This document shows positions 50,279 through 60,771 of a DNA stretch of 64,000 nt, piece by piece. The first letter of the stretch is position 1. Every line of letters begins with the position of its first letter. The position numbers and the translations under genes were made by a program. This DNA is from a virus (taxonomy: Duplodnaviria; Caudoviricetes): IMG/VR virus record IMGVR_UViG_3300043394_000122, positions 2,423 through 66,422 of that record; one strand, 5' to 3'. The notes beneath the pieces were generated by a model. That model was not told the origin of the DNA. It worked only from the letters and a program-made list of their open reading frames with translations, and ran no database searches.

Positions 50279-53194
50279 ATGGCACCGCATGAGTTCCTTG
50301 CGGCTGTGTTGCCGCCACCCGGTCACGGGTACTACTGCGTTGCTGCGTTCAGTGACAAGCGCAAGCAGCACGAGTTCGTTGAAGACTTACCGGAGACAGA
50401 AGCCCACGTAGAGAAGTGGATGAGCAACGGCGCGCAGTACGACGTGTACTTCGCCCTTGCGACGTTCGACAAGGAAGGCCAGCGCACTGCGGACAACGCC
50501 AAGATGATCCGCACGATCGCCATCGACATGGATGGCTACGAGAGCAAGCGCGAGGCAGCGGAGGCCCTGGACGCGTTCCTGGCCAAGACCGGGCTGAATG
50601 AGTTCGGCACCCCGTGGGTCGTCGCCTCTGGCGGCGGTCTGCACTGCTACTGGGCGTTCAAGGCCCCTGTGCCCATCCCGTCGTGGAAGCCGGTGGCTGA
50701 GAACTTCAAGCGCCTGTGCAAGCAGGAGGGCTTGGCCATCGACATGACCGTGACGGCGGATGCGGCGCGTGTGCTGCGCGTCCCTGGCACGATGAACTTC
50801 AAGAAGAAGTACGGCACGCCTCGGCCCGTCAAGCTGATGCTGCATGCGGACGGCACGGTGGAGTTCACCGAGTTCGCCGCGCGTATCAACTCACTTGTGC
50901 GCTCCCCCGTGCTGGAGGTTGCGCCGACCCTGGAGATTGCTGGAGCCCGTCCGACGCCGTCTGCGACTGGCGTGAAGCTCCTTGAGAACAGCGCCACCAA
51001 GTTCAAGAATATCGTCCAGCGCACCAGTGCCGGGACGGGTTGCGCGCAGCTTGCGCACTACATCGAGCACGCCGAGGAAGAAGGCATGGAGCCCCTGTGG
51101 CGGGGCTGGCTGTCGATCGCCAAGGCCAGTGATGACTGTTCCCGTGCTGCTCCGTGGCTGAGCAAGCTGCATCCGTACGACGATGCGCGCATGAACCAGA
51201 AGCTGCGGGAGATCAAGGGGCCGTACCCGTGCCTGAAGTTCGATCAGGAGAACCCCGGCATCTGCGACAAGTGCCCGCACTTCGGCAAGATCACCAACCC
51301 CCTGGCCCTGGGCCGCGAGCTTGTTGCGGACAACGAGGCCAAAGAGATTGAGCTTAAGCCCCATGACCCCGAAGATCCTGATGCGCCGGTCGTCAAGGTT
51401 ATGCGCCCTGCGCCTCCTCGCGGCTTCTCGTACGGGACGACCGGCGGCGTGTATGCCAACCGCATGGTGGAGGATGCTGACGGGTCGAAGCGCAAGCAGC
51501 AGGTACTCATCCTGCCGTACACGCTCTTCGTTGCGGATTTGCTGAACAAGGACGGCGAGCACACCGTGCACATGGTGGCGGACCGCCCGACCGGCTCGGT
51601 GGACGTGCTGATGCCACAGCGGTACTCGGTCAGCAAGGACGAGTGCCTGAAGACCCTGGCGCAGCAGAACATCATCGCTGCGTTCGGTGCGGGCAACGAC
51701 AAGAATCTGTACGACTACGTGCGCGCTTGCGTGGAGGAAGCGTCCTCCAACAAGAACCCGATCAAGATCCCGCAGCAGTACGGCTGGCAAGAGGACGACT
51801 CGTTTGTCTACAGCGGGCGTGTGTTCCTCAAGGACGGCACGACGCGTACGGTGCCTATGCCTGACCTCGCCAACCTCACACGCATCACGCGCAGCCAGGG
51901 CACCATCCAGGGCTGGCGCGAGTTCGTTGGCATGCTCAACGAGAAGCGGCTGTACGAGCACCTGACGATGGGCGCGATCGCCTTCGGCGCGCCGCTGATG
52001 CGCTTCACTCAGATGGCTGCGCTGACGATCCACGCCGGGTCCACCGACAGCGGCACGGGCAAGTCCCTGGCGCTGAGCCTGATGAGTTCTGTGTGGGGTC
52101 ACCCGACCCGCTACCGCACGGGCAAGTCAACCTCGGCGGTCACCATGCAGCAGCGCATGGGCAACCTGAACAGCCTGCCGTTCACGTCGGACGAGATCAC
52201 GCACAAGTCGCGGCATGATTTGGAGTGGTTCCCCGGCTTCATCTTCGACGCTGCGGAAGGCCAGGGCAAGGAGAAGTCCGAGGTGCACCACAACCGCGAG
52301 CGGTTGAACATGGTGTCCTGGGCTACGCTCGTGCTGCTGACCTCCAACACCAACATGCACGACTACATGTCTGGCGCGCGTGGCCATTCGTCGCAGGGCG
52401 AGTTGATGCGTATGCTGGAGTGGACGCCCGAGAAGAAGCTGGAGTGGACCCCGGAGGAAGAGGAGAAGATCAAGCTGCTGGCGCACAACCACGGCGTGGC
52501 TGGCGAGATGTACGTGCGCTGGCTCGTGCAGAACGTGGACATAGCCCGGGAGGTGACGCTATCAACCATCCGCCGCATCAAGCGCGAGTGGAACATGAGC
52601 GGCGACGAACGCTTCTGGGCGGCTGGTTGTGGCTGCATCATCGCCGGGGCAATCCTGGCGTCGAAGCAGTACGCGGGCATCGTGAATCTGCCAGTCGATG
52701 CGATCATGGCGTTCCTGAAGAAGCTCGTGGAGAAGGCGCGGCGCGTGGTGCGTTCCGGTGCTAGAACGGCGGAAGACGTGCTCAACGGCTTCATCCGTGA
52801 CAACTACGGCTCCCTGGTCATCATGAAGCAAAGCGAGGGCAAGCTGCTGGCCAACCTAGGCAACGGCGACCCCATCGACCAGTCGCTCACGCGCAGCAAA
52901 GTCATGGGGCGTGTGGAGCACGAGATACAGCGCAAGGGCTTCATCTCGTTCTTCATTGAGGAGCAAGTGCTCAAGGCGCACTGCGTGTCACTGTCCTACG
53001 GGTTCGACATGTTCAAGCGCAACATCGTGCTGGACGGGTACGATCTGCAGTTCATGCGCAAGGACATGCTGGCCAAGACCAAGGGTCCGCAGATGCGTGC
53101 CCGGGTGATGTGCCTGACGCGCCCCCTGACTGCCTCCGAGGCAGACAACATGCCACTGGGTGAAGACGGTGCGGTTCCCCTGGGAGACGACTGA
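50279..53194 (+). CDS. Primase-helicase (N-terminal primase domain, DUF927-like region, C-terminal NTPase)
   Basis: DMDG...VASGGGLHCYW...D...TAD.ARVLRVPGT.N.K; C-terminal STDSGTGKS and FTSDE; CxxC motifs. Confidence 0.85.
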   Translation: MAPHEFLAAVLPPPGHGYYCVAAFSDKRKQHEFVEDLPETEAHVEKWMSNGAQYDVYFALATFDKEGQRTADNAKMIRTIAIDMDGYESKREAAEALDAFLAKTGLNEFGTPWVVASGGGLHCYWAFKAPVPIPSWKPVAENFKRLCKQEGLAIDMTVTADAARVLRVPGTMNFKKKYGTPRPVKLMLHADGTVEFTEFAARINSLVRSPVLEVAPTLEIAGARPTPSATGVKLLENSATKFKNIVQRTSAGTGCAQLAHYIEHAEEEGMEPLWRGWLSIAKASDDCSRAAPWLSKLHPYDDARMNQKLREIKGPYPCLKFDQENPGICDKCPHFGKITNPLALGRELVADNEAKEIELKPHDPEDPDAPVVKVMRPAPPRGFSYGTTGGVYANRMVEDADGSKRKQQVLILPYTLFVADLLNKDGEHTVHMVADRPTGSVDVLMPQRYSVSKDECLKTLAQQNIIAAFGAGNDKNLYDYVRACVEEASSNKNPIKIPQQYGWQEDDSFVYSGRVFLKDGTTRTVPMPDLANLTRITRSQGTIQGWREFVGMLNEKRLYEHLTMGAIAFGAPLMRFTQMAALTIHAGSTDSGTGKSLALSLMSSVWGHPTRYRTGKSTSAVTMQQRMGNLNSLPFTSDEITHKSRHDLEWFPGFIFDAAEGQGKEKSEVHHNRERLNMVSWATLVLLTSNTNMHDYMSGARGHSSQGELMRMLEWTPEKKLEWTPEEEEKIKLLAHNHGVAGEMYVRWLVQNVDIAREVTLSTIRRIKREWNMSGDERFWAAGCGCIIAGAILASKQYAGIVNLPVDAIMAFLKKLVEKARRVVRSGARTAEDVLNGFIRDNYGSLVIMKQSEGKLLANLGNGDPIDQSLTRSKVMGRVEHEIQRKGFISFFIEEQVLKAHCVSLSYGFDMFKRNIVLDGYDLQFMRKDMLAKTKGPQMRARVMCLTRPLTASEADNMPLGEDGAVPLGDD

Positions 53195-53366
53195 GCGTGG
53201 TCAGGGGTTCTTCGTCCCGGGCCTGGATCTGGAGGCGCTGAAGGAGGAAGGGCTACGAGCAGCGGTACGTGTTCGCGTACTCGATGCTCGTGCCCTGTTC
53301 TGCATACGCCAAGGGTTGCTTGGCGTGCTGTTCTACCGACCGGCGGTTAAGCGAACTCGCCCTTGA
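53160..53366 (+). CDS. Small protein resembling 33804-34073
   Basis: RFPW...G.GFFVP...G...GV.FYR; last plus-strand gene, overlaps the convergent stop. Confidence 0.6.
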   Translation: MKTVRFPWETTERGQGFFVPGLDLEALKEEGLRAAVRVRVLDARALFCIRQGLLGVLFYRPAVKRTRP

Positions 53367-56300
53367 ACTCCCGCGACAGTTCGATCTTGACCTGACGCAG
53401 TTCCTTCAGGGCCTGGGTCTTCTCCTCCCGACTCATGTCAGGCGAGTTCTTGATGGCGTTCTCGGTCTGAGTGATGCGCCCCATGATCTGGCGGAAGCGG
53501 CCTGCAGCGGAGGCCATTGCCAGCTTCTCGACGTTCTCCTCGGCGTACCGTTCAGCCTTGGCCGGATCGCGCTCGGCGAGGCGCTTGAAGGTGGCCTGCA
53601 CCTCCTGCGCTTCCTTCACCCGCTCGTAGGCCATGTTGATGATGCCGCCCGCGTCGTTGGGCTGGAACAGCGTGCCCAGCAGCGGCGTCTCCGACAGCTT
53701 CCTGTACGCACCTTCCGGCCCAGTGGTGGGGATCGGTGCACTCAGCGTCTGCAGCAGCGCCATGCCCATGCTGCCCGTGTATCCGTTGATCAGATACTCC
53801 AGCTTTATCGGCGACAGGTTGAAGCTGTCGCCCGCAGCCTTGGCAAGCTCCGAGGTCTGTGCACGGTAGCGTTCACGCGGCTCAACCGCCTGCTCTTGCG
53901 CCGACTCGATATCACGCCCAGTGAAGAACGACTTGCCCAGGGTAAGCTCCACGAGCGGTTTGACGGCTGCAGGCATGCCGTACGAACTGCCGCCAGGGAC
54001 CGTCTGCTGAGCGATGTGCAGGAACGCCTTACGCGCTTCCTCCGCGCCATCCTCGCGCATCACTGTGTTGACCAGAGCCTCGGGCAGTGCCTTGAAGATG
54101 TAGCCGATTTCGAACGGGATCGGCACGCGTACCGGCTCCTCAACCCCGGGCACGCGCACAAACCAGTTGCCGTACTTCTGCTCGGGTGTGGCGTTCTTGT
54201 ACGCCTCGTCGTCCTGCATCAGCAGCGCGTAAACCATCGACGCGCCCGCCAGCATCAGCCCCCGGGCGTACAGCTTCTCGCGAATCTGCAGCCGCTCGTT
54301 CATCGGCAGCTTGCCAGTGAAGGCGCGGTACAGCATGTCCAGGCCCTGGATCTGCGCGTTGACGAAGGGGATGATGGCGTTGACGGTCTGCACGGTGGGC
54401 GACACGCCGCGCCGCGAGAAGTTCATCGACTCCAGCGACATGAACGTGGCTTCCATCTCGGACAGCCCTTGCTCGATGTAGCTGTTGTACTGAGCGCGGC
54501 GGGTGGCGGCATCCGCCTCCATCGAGATCGTCTCCAGCTTGGCCAAGGCAGTCGCCCAGGCACCGCGCCCCTTCTGCATCTCAGCCAGCAGGCGGCTCAT
54601 GTCCTCGGGCATGCCGGTAAACACCTGACCGCCAGTCACACCGCGCGCATCCAGCACCGACTTCTTGCCGATCTGCTTCAGTGCGCCCAGCACCGGTGTC
54701 ATGTCCGCGCCGCTGGTGATCGCTGCCGACAGCGAATCACGGAACAACTGGCGCGCAGCGTACAGCGGGTTGGCGACGATCGCACGGCGCAGCAACTGCG
54801 CGGGAGCGGCCATCAACCGGAACATGCCAGACAGTTGCGTCGGGATGCCCTGCATGCCCTTGATCAGCAGTTCGCTGGGGATGCCGATGGCGTCGGTGTT
54901 GACGATGGCGTGGTACTTCTCGCCGTCGATCTTGAAGCGCACAGCGCCCTCGGGACCGTCACCCTTGTGCACACGTGCCAACGGCTTGTTCTCCATGCGG
55001 ATGCTGCCAAGCTCCAGCATGGCGTTCTTGGCCGCAAGGTTGCGCATCGACATGTCGAGCAGCATGCTGGTGTTCTGCACGCTGCTGGTGAGGAAGTCCA
55101 AGATCGGCTTGTCGCCGCCCTTGAGCGCCTGGAGGTGTTGGTTGTCCTTCAGGTTGCCGATGCGGATGGGCGTCTCGCCGCCAATCACAAGCTCAGCCAC
55201 GCCGTCACGCTGCCGGTAGTACGGCACGTAGTCGTCCGATGCCAGGAGCTTGGCCGCTTCGTCCTTGCTGATCGAGCCGGTCTGGACAGCGAACTTCAGC
55301 AGGTTGCGGTTGTACGCGTTGTACGTGTTACGCGCGTCCTTGAACGCCTCGCTCAGCACCTCATCGGCTTCGACCTTCTGCTCAACCATGTCAAGCTCGG
55401 CCTGCGTGATGTTGCCGCCAAAGTCGAGCGCATCCAGTCCAACGCGCTTGGCGCGCTTGGCTGCAAGGTACGCCGTGAACAAGCGGTTGGCAGCATCGGG
55501 GCTACCCACTGCCTTGACCACATCCTTGCGCGACAGAATGTCCACGACATCCTTAATCTTGGCACCGGTCTGCGACTCGATGATCCATTCCTTGCGCCCA
55601 TCGCGCCGCGTCTTCTCCACCAGTTCAGGCACACCGTTGCTGATGGCTTGCGAGGTGAAGTGGTTGCGCTGCTCGTACATGCGCAGGTAGTACATCATCT
55701 GCGTGGCTTTGAGCGCCTCCATCGAGGTGTCAGCGATCTTCTGCAGCGGGTCGAGCTTGTCGATCCACTGCGTGCGGAAGCCCATGCCCGCGAAGTTCTC
55801 CTTCAGGCGCGAAATGGCGCTGCGGTCCTTGGCGATCGCTTTGTCGAGGATGCTGCCCACGTCAGCAAACGACTCGTTGTACTGCACAGCGCGAGAGAAC
55901 AGCAGCGGTGCACCCGACTGCTTAGTTGTTGGCTTACCAGCCAACGCAACGTCAGCCGCACCGTAAGCCATGTCCACAAGCTGCTGAACCGTAAGTTCCT
56001 TGGGCGGCAGACCGAACTTTTCCAGTGCCTTGCGGAAAGCGTTTGCAACACGCGTGAGCCACTGTCCCAATGGCCCCTTGCTTGACAGCGTCACGCCTGC
56101 CTTGCGGGCTTCCTCGATGGTGTAGGCCAGGAGTTCATCGCCGCGCTGATCAGCGCTTGTTTTGGCAGCTTGCACACGCGCCAACGCGGCCTTGGCAACT
56201 TTGGACTCCGTCGATCCGTCGTTGCGCGCGGCCCACGCCGATACTGCCTTGACAAGCGCGTCGTACTGCGCCCCGGGCAGCGCCTCCTTCATGCCAACGT

Positions 56301-59300
56301 GCGCGCCCACCTCGTGCAGCAAGACGGCGACACCTTCACCCTTGTTGATGTTCTCGGCCACCATGAAGATGCGCCCAGACTCGGGATCGACAAAGCCTCG
56401 GGTATCGGACGGGATGCGGCCTTCGTACTCAGGGTTGGCCTCAACAAGCGCATCGACCGTGTCGAACACCTCAACGCGATCCGTCTTGCCAAACTCAGCG
56501 TTAAGCTCTTTGCGCAGCGTTGCGCTGGTGCCCGCATCAGCCGCAGCGCCTTGCGAGAATTTGAGCTTTTGCTTTTTAGCCTTAACAGCCGGTTTTGTAG
56601 CTTCGGCTTTTTGCTCTTCGCTACCGGTGCGCAACGGCTTGTTGGCGGCGATCGCCGTGCCGCTGATGACGGTGGCGGGCCCCGTACGACGCGGGCGGCC
56701 TTCTTGTATCGCTTCGATGCGCGCCTGGGCAATCTGCAGATCCTTCGTAGCCTGGGCAATCTCCTGGCCGATGCGGGTCTTACTCTCCTGCGAACGAGCA
56801 CGCTTGAACGCCGCCTTGCCCTCTTCGATGCGGCGCTTGGCATCTTCCACCTTGGCCTCTTCCGCCATGCGCTCTTGCTCGCGCTCGATGGCGGCTTCAC
56901 GCGCCTCTTCACGGGCACGCTCACGCGCCTCTGCCTCACGGGCAGCGCGGGCTTCCTTGGACTCAGCCTGGATCGGGACGAGCTTGCCGTCAACGCGGCG
57001 CACACCGGCCAGCCCCAGGCCCTCACGAGCGCGTTGCTGCGCGGTTACTTGCGCCTCACGCCTAATTGCAGCCTCGTCCATGCCCGCAGCGCGCTGCGCC
57101 TGGGCCAAGGCAGCTTGACGGCGCTCCGCTTCCTTGGCTGTCTCTGGAGTCTTGTACTTGGCAAGTTCGGCTTGGGCTTCGGCAAGCGCCTTGCGCTCAA
57201 ACTCCACCCACTTGTTAGCCATCGCCTTGGGCAAGAACTCCGCAGCATCCACCGCTTGCTCAGCGCGAACGTCAAACGAAGCAATCTGCTTGTACAACTC
57301 CGTGGCCCGAGCGGTGTTCTCTTTGTCAAGCGCAAAGATGCCGTACTTGGTGATCTCGTTCAGTTGCGCCTTCAGCGCCGCAAGCTCTTTGTTTTTCGCT
57401 GCTTGCCGCACCGCAATCACTTGCTGCCTAGCCTTCTTAACCGCAGACTGCCAAGCCGACTGAAGCGCATCGCTACGCTCAGCCACACGGTCTTGCGCGG
57501 CCAGGATGGCTTCGTTTTCGGCGTCGATGCGGTCCAGTTCAGCACGAATCTCGGCGGTCAGTTCCTCGCCCTTGTCGAGGATGCCTTCCCGGCGTTTGCG
57601 CACTTCAGGGGCCTGCTCAAACCGCTTGGGCGTCGTGCGGATGTAGCCCAGATCCTCATCGGCCTCGGGGAACAGCGACTTCTGGCCAGGGGCCACCTCG
57701 GGCTGCGTACGCAGCGCCGTCACGATCTGCCGCACAAGGCGACCGTCGTAGTCCTGGGTCTTGGTGCCGGTCTGCCCGCTGATGACGCGTTGTGCCAGTT
57801 CATTGGCAGCGTCGATCAAGCCGGGGGCAAACCGCTGACCCTGGATTTCAGACACCACGTCTTGCGTACCCAGGCCCTCTTCCAGCGCAGCGCGTGCACG
57901 GGTCAGAGCTTCGCGCACCACACCCGGAGCCTGCCTTGCGGTCAGCGCCTTGTCGATCTGGTCGATGGTGTACTCGCGGGCTCGCACAAGCTCGCCGCGA
58001 CGGGTCGTCGCAGTCTCACCCTTGGCCTCGGCCACCTTGGCGGCTTCAGTCTCAGGGAACTGGATCTTAAGGTCGGAGGTGACGCGTTCGCCGGTTTCCG
58101 GCACCTCGGACAGGCGCGAACTGATCTGCTTCAGTTGCTCCTGCAGCACCTGGGATGCCGCACGGTACGCACCGAACTGGCGTTCCTCCAGCGGACGCGG
58201 GTCTACCAACGCCTGCGCCGCCTTGTCCTGCGCTTGCTTCACCAGCACGAAGAACTCGCGATCAGCACTGGACTCGACAACGCGGCGCGTATCAGGCGGA
58301 AGCTCAGTCTCCGCGCCCTTGAGTTCGGCGGTGCCTTGCAGGATCTCCTGCATACGCTGACGGCCCAGGCGCTTGATCAGGGCTTCTTGCAGCTTCTGCT
58401 TCTTGTACGCGGTGCGGGCGTCGGCCAGCCAGGGCTGTCTCCACGCGCTGGCCCCCGATTCAGCGGCACGGGCGTTGGCTTGCGCAACCAGCCTGTCCAC
58501 CCAGGTCGCGTTCGTGATGGGCTGCGCCATGCTGCGAGTCACCCACTCATCCACCACCTTGTTGATTTCCGCAGTCGCAGCAGCGGCCTCTTCCTTCGTC
58601 AGCGCTTTGCCGAACATGCGGCGGATAGCCGCAGCTTCTTGCACCATCGCCGTGACCAGCGCATCGCGCTTCTTGTTGATCTGGTTGATCAGCGTCTTCG
58701 GCGTGGAGGACGCAGTGCCTTGCTCCGGGCCACCCAACGTGCGGCCTGCCTTGAGGTCATCGGCCAGTTGGGCGATGTCCATGATCGCCGAATCCTGCGC
58801 CTTGCGCAGCGCCAGAAGGGCCCCCGGTGCACCGCCCTGTTGCTCCAGCGTGTTCAGGTTCGCTTGCGCCACTTCGCGCTCACGCATGGCCTGGACACCG
58901 GCCTCCTTGTTGCCGCTGCGGAAAGAAGTATCGGCACGGGCTGCGGCCCCGTTGACAGTGTTGCCCAGCGAATCGATCTGCTGCAGGATGCGCGCAGCGT
59001 CACGCGGCGGCATCGGCTTGAACACGGGGGCGGGCTCCACCGCATCGGTGGGGCGCACAAACGCCTTCTCCGCAATCCCCTCCGGGTAGGTCATCTCCGC
59101 TTCGCGCTCGTACTCGGGCGACGTGGGCGCGGGGCGCGGCTCCGCTTCAGCGGCAGCACGCTCGTCAATGGCTTCAGCGAACAGGTCGGGCTGCATGGCA
59201 GGCGTACCGGCACCGACAGCCGCCATCGTCTCAGCGCGCTTGGCCTGCTCTGCCTCCAGCCGTTGGCGCTCTTCCGCAGCTTTCTGCTTGTCGATCTCGG

Positions 59301-60765
59301 CGAGGCGCAGCTTCAACCCACCGAGCAACGCGCGGCTCTCCTTGGCCGACATCCCAGGCAGTTGCGTTTGCTCCTGCACTAAGGCGCGTGCCTTGGCCTC
59401 GTCCTCCATGAGGTAGTCGGCGATCGTCGCGGCATCCAGCGCACCCACTTGACGCGCAGCCTGGATCTGGCCTTCAGCGTAGGTGTCAAGCTCGGACGGC
59501 TCCTTCACGCCCTCGCCCTGCGCAGCACCCAGCGCGGCTTCTTCGATGGAGGCAGGCGCGGCAGTGGGCGCAGCGGGCTTCATGCCCAGGCCCTCCATCA
59601 TGTACTCTTCCGGGGTCATCCCGGCTACACGCGCGGCTTCAGCCTGCTCAGCCAGCAGTTGCTTGATCTTGTCGATGCCGCCTGCCTCGTTGATCTCCTT
59701 GGACAGCGGGAGGATCGTCTCGCGGTAGTACGCTTTCAGCGCCTCCTGCGCCTCCTGCGCCTGCATCTTGGACGCGGGGTCACCGGCCTTCTTGAGCGCC
59801 TTGATCTGCTCTTGCTGCTGCTTGAACTGCTCCTGGGCGTCTTGGTAGCGCTTGGCCAGATCCGGCAGGTACTCAGGGGCGGCACGGCGCGCAGCCTCGG
59901 CCTCCGCTTCGGCCTTGCGCTGCTTGGCCGCTTCTTCCTGGGCAGCAACGTCTTCTTGGGCGCGTTGTGCACTGCGTGCACGCCGACCCAACGCCAGATC
60001 CATCACGCCTTGCATGAGCGCGCCGGTAGCGCCACCGTAGGCCGCAGACTCGCCCAGGCCCTCGATGAGTTCCTGCTCGGGCTTGTAGATGCCCTTGGCG
60101 ATCAAGTTCTGGGCGAAGTTGGTCGCGGCTTCCTGGGCGGCTTCCTCACCGCCAGCCATGAATGCGCGCTTGACCATAGCAACGCCCTGCGCCTTGGCAG
60201 CGTCAGGGATGCGGCCCATGATGCGCATCGGAGCAAAGACCTCGGCCAAGCCTGGAAGCACGCCCGCTGCCGTGGCTGCAGCACGTTGATCCTCCGTAGC
60301 ACCGGCCTGCTCAGCGCGCAGACGCGCTTCACCGGCACCGGCTGCACCGGCCATACCGGTCAGGCCGACACGCCCTGCAAGACCCAGCGGGCCCATCGCA
60401 AGGAAGGGCGCAGTGGAGCCAAACGCCTCACCGAACTTGCGTCCAACGGACTGTTCGTACCCAGGCGCAGCTTCAAACGGCGCACGGGCGGCGGTAGCCG
60501 CGCCTTGGATCTTTTCTCGGACAGCCTTCTCGGCTGCTTCAGGCAGGATGGCGGCAGCGCCAACGCCTGCCGTCTCGGCTAGGCCGATAGCCCCCGGGAC
60601 CAAGCCCTTGAAGAACTCCTTGACCTGTCCACCGACCGTGGTTTCAGGAGGGGCTGCAGCAAGTTGCTGCTGGATTGCCGCATACGCCTGGGCGTCAGAG
60701 AGGGGTACGGGGGAGTCAACGCGGAACGTACCCTTCCCCGGGACTGTGATCTCGTATTGCGGCAT
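53347..60765 (-). CDS. Giant internal virion/ejection protein, polyvalent type (HExxH peptidase-like and LPD38-like domains)
   Basis: 2472 aa; A/E/Q-rich helical N-terminal half; VLLHEVGAH motif; C-terminal W..R.PG...RVPIPFEIG..FK.LPE resembling LPD38. Confidence 0.75.
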   Translation of the reverse strand: MPQYEITVPGKGTFRVDSPVPLSDAQAYAAIQQQLAAAPPETTVGGQVKEFFKGLVPGAIGLAETAGVGAAAILPEAAEKAVREKIQGAATAARAPFEAAPGYEQSVGRKFGEAFGSTAPFLAMGPLGLAGRVGLTGMAGAAGAGEARLRAEQAGATEDQRAAATAAGVLPGLAEVFAPMRIMGRIPDAAKAQGVAMVKRAFMAGGEEAAQEAATNFAQNLIAKGIYKPEQELIEGLGESAAYGGATGALMQGVMDLALGRRARSAQRAQEDVAAQEEAAKQRKAEAEAEAARRAAPEYLPDLAKRYQDAQEQFKQQQEQIKALKKAGDPASKMQAQEAQEALKAYYRETILPLSKEINEAGGIDKIKQLLAEQAEAARVAGMTPEEYMMEGLGMKPAAPTAAPASIEEAALGAAQGEGVKEPSELDTYAEGQIQAARQVGALDAATIADYLMEDEAKARALVQEQTQLPGMSAKESRALLGGLKLRLAEIDKQKAAEERQRLEAEQAKRAETMAAVGAGTPAMQPDLFAEAIDERAAAEAEPRPAPTSPEYEREAEMTYPEGIAEKAFVRPTDAVEPAPVFKPMPPRDAARILQQIDSLGNTVNGAAARADTSFRSGNKEAGVQAMREREVAQANLNTLEQQGGAPGALLALRKAQDSAIMDIAQLADDLKAGRTLGGPEQGTASSTPKTLINQINKKRDALVTAMVQEAAAIRRMFGKALTKEEAAAATAEINKVVDEWVTRSMAQPITNATWVDRLVAQANARAAESGASAWRQPWLADARTAYKKQKLQEALIKRLGRQRMQEILQGTAELKGAETELPPDTRRVVESSADREFFVLVKQAQDKAAQALVDPRPLEERQFGAYRAASQVLQEQLKQISSRLSEVPETGERVTSDLKIQFPETEAAKVAEAKGETATTRRGELVRAREYTIDQIDKALTARQAPGVVREALTRARAALEEGLGTQDVVSEIQGQRFAPGLIDAANELAQRVISGQTGTKTQDYDGRLVRQIVTALRTQPEVAPGQKSLFPEADEDLGYIRTTPKRFEQAPEVRKRREGILDKGEELTAEIRAELDRIDAENEAILAAQDRVAERSDALQSAWQSAVKKARQQVIAVRQAAKNKELAALKAQLNEITKYGIFALDKENTARATELYKQIASFDVRAEQAVDAAEFLPKAMANKWVEFERKALAEAQAELAKYKTPETAKEAERRQAALAQAQRAAGMDEAAIRREAQVTAQQRAREGLGLAGVRRVDGKLVPIQAESKEARAAREAEARERAREEAREAAIEREQERMAEEAKVEDAKRRIEEGKAAFKRARSQESKTRIGQEIAQATKDLQIAQARIEAIQEGRPRRTGPATVISGTAIAANKPLRTGSEEQKAEATKPAVKAKKQKLKFSQGAAADAGTSATLRKELNAEFGKTDRVEVFDTVDALVEANPEYEGRIPSDTRGFVDPESGRIFMVAENINKGEGVAVLLHEVGAHVGMKEALPGAQYDALVKAVSAWAARNDGSTESKVAKAALARVQAAKTSADQRGDELLAYTIEEARKAGVTLSSKGPLGQWLTRVANAFRKALEKFGLPPKELTVQQLVDMAYGAADVALAGKPTTKQSGAPLLFSRAVQYNESFADVGSILDKAIAKDRSAISRLKENFAGMGFRTQWIDKLDPLQKIADTSMEALKATQMMYYLRMYEQRNHFTSQAISNGVPELVEKTRRDGRKEWIIESQTGAKIKDVVDILSRKDVVKAVGSPDAANRLFTAYLAAKRAKRVGLDALDFGGNITQAELDMVEQKVEADEVLSEAFKDARNTYNAYNRNLLKFAVQTGSISKDEAAKLLASDDYVPYYRQRDGVAELVIGGETPIRIGNLKDNQHLQALKGGDKPILDFLTSSVQNTSMLLDMSMRNLAAKNAMLELGSIRMENKPLARVHKGDGPEGAVRFKIDGEKYHAIVNTDAIGIPSELLIKGMQGIPTQLSGMFRLMAAPAQLLRRAIVANPLYAARQLFRDSLSAAITSGADMTPVLGALKQIGKKSVLDARGVTGGQVFTGMPEDMSRLLAEMQKGRGAWATALAKLETISMEADAATRRAQYNSYIEQGLSEMEATFMSLESMNFSRRGVSPTVQTVNAIIPFVNAQIQGLDMLYRAFTGKLPMNERLQIREKLYARGLMLAGASMVYALLMQDDEAYKNATPEQKYGNWFVRVPGVEEPVRVPIPFEIGYIFKALPEALVNTVMREDGAEEARKAFLHIAQQTVPGGSSYGMPAAVKPLVELTLGKSFFTGRDIESAQEQAVEPRERYRAQTSELAKAAGDSFNLSPIKLEYLINGYTGSMGMALLQTLSAPIPTTGPEGAYRKLSETPLLGTLFQPNDAGGIINMAYERVKEAQEVQATFKRLAERDPAKAERYAEENVEKLAMASAAGRFRQIMGRITQTENAIKNSPDMSREEKTQALKELRQVKIELSREFKGEFA

Positions 60766-60771
60766 GGTGGC

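Noticed and set aside
50891-52102. 403-aa minus-strand ORF and similar ORFs opposite the primase, polymerase, TerL and portal
   Set aside because: Antisense to clear genes; expected with high GC3 codon bias.
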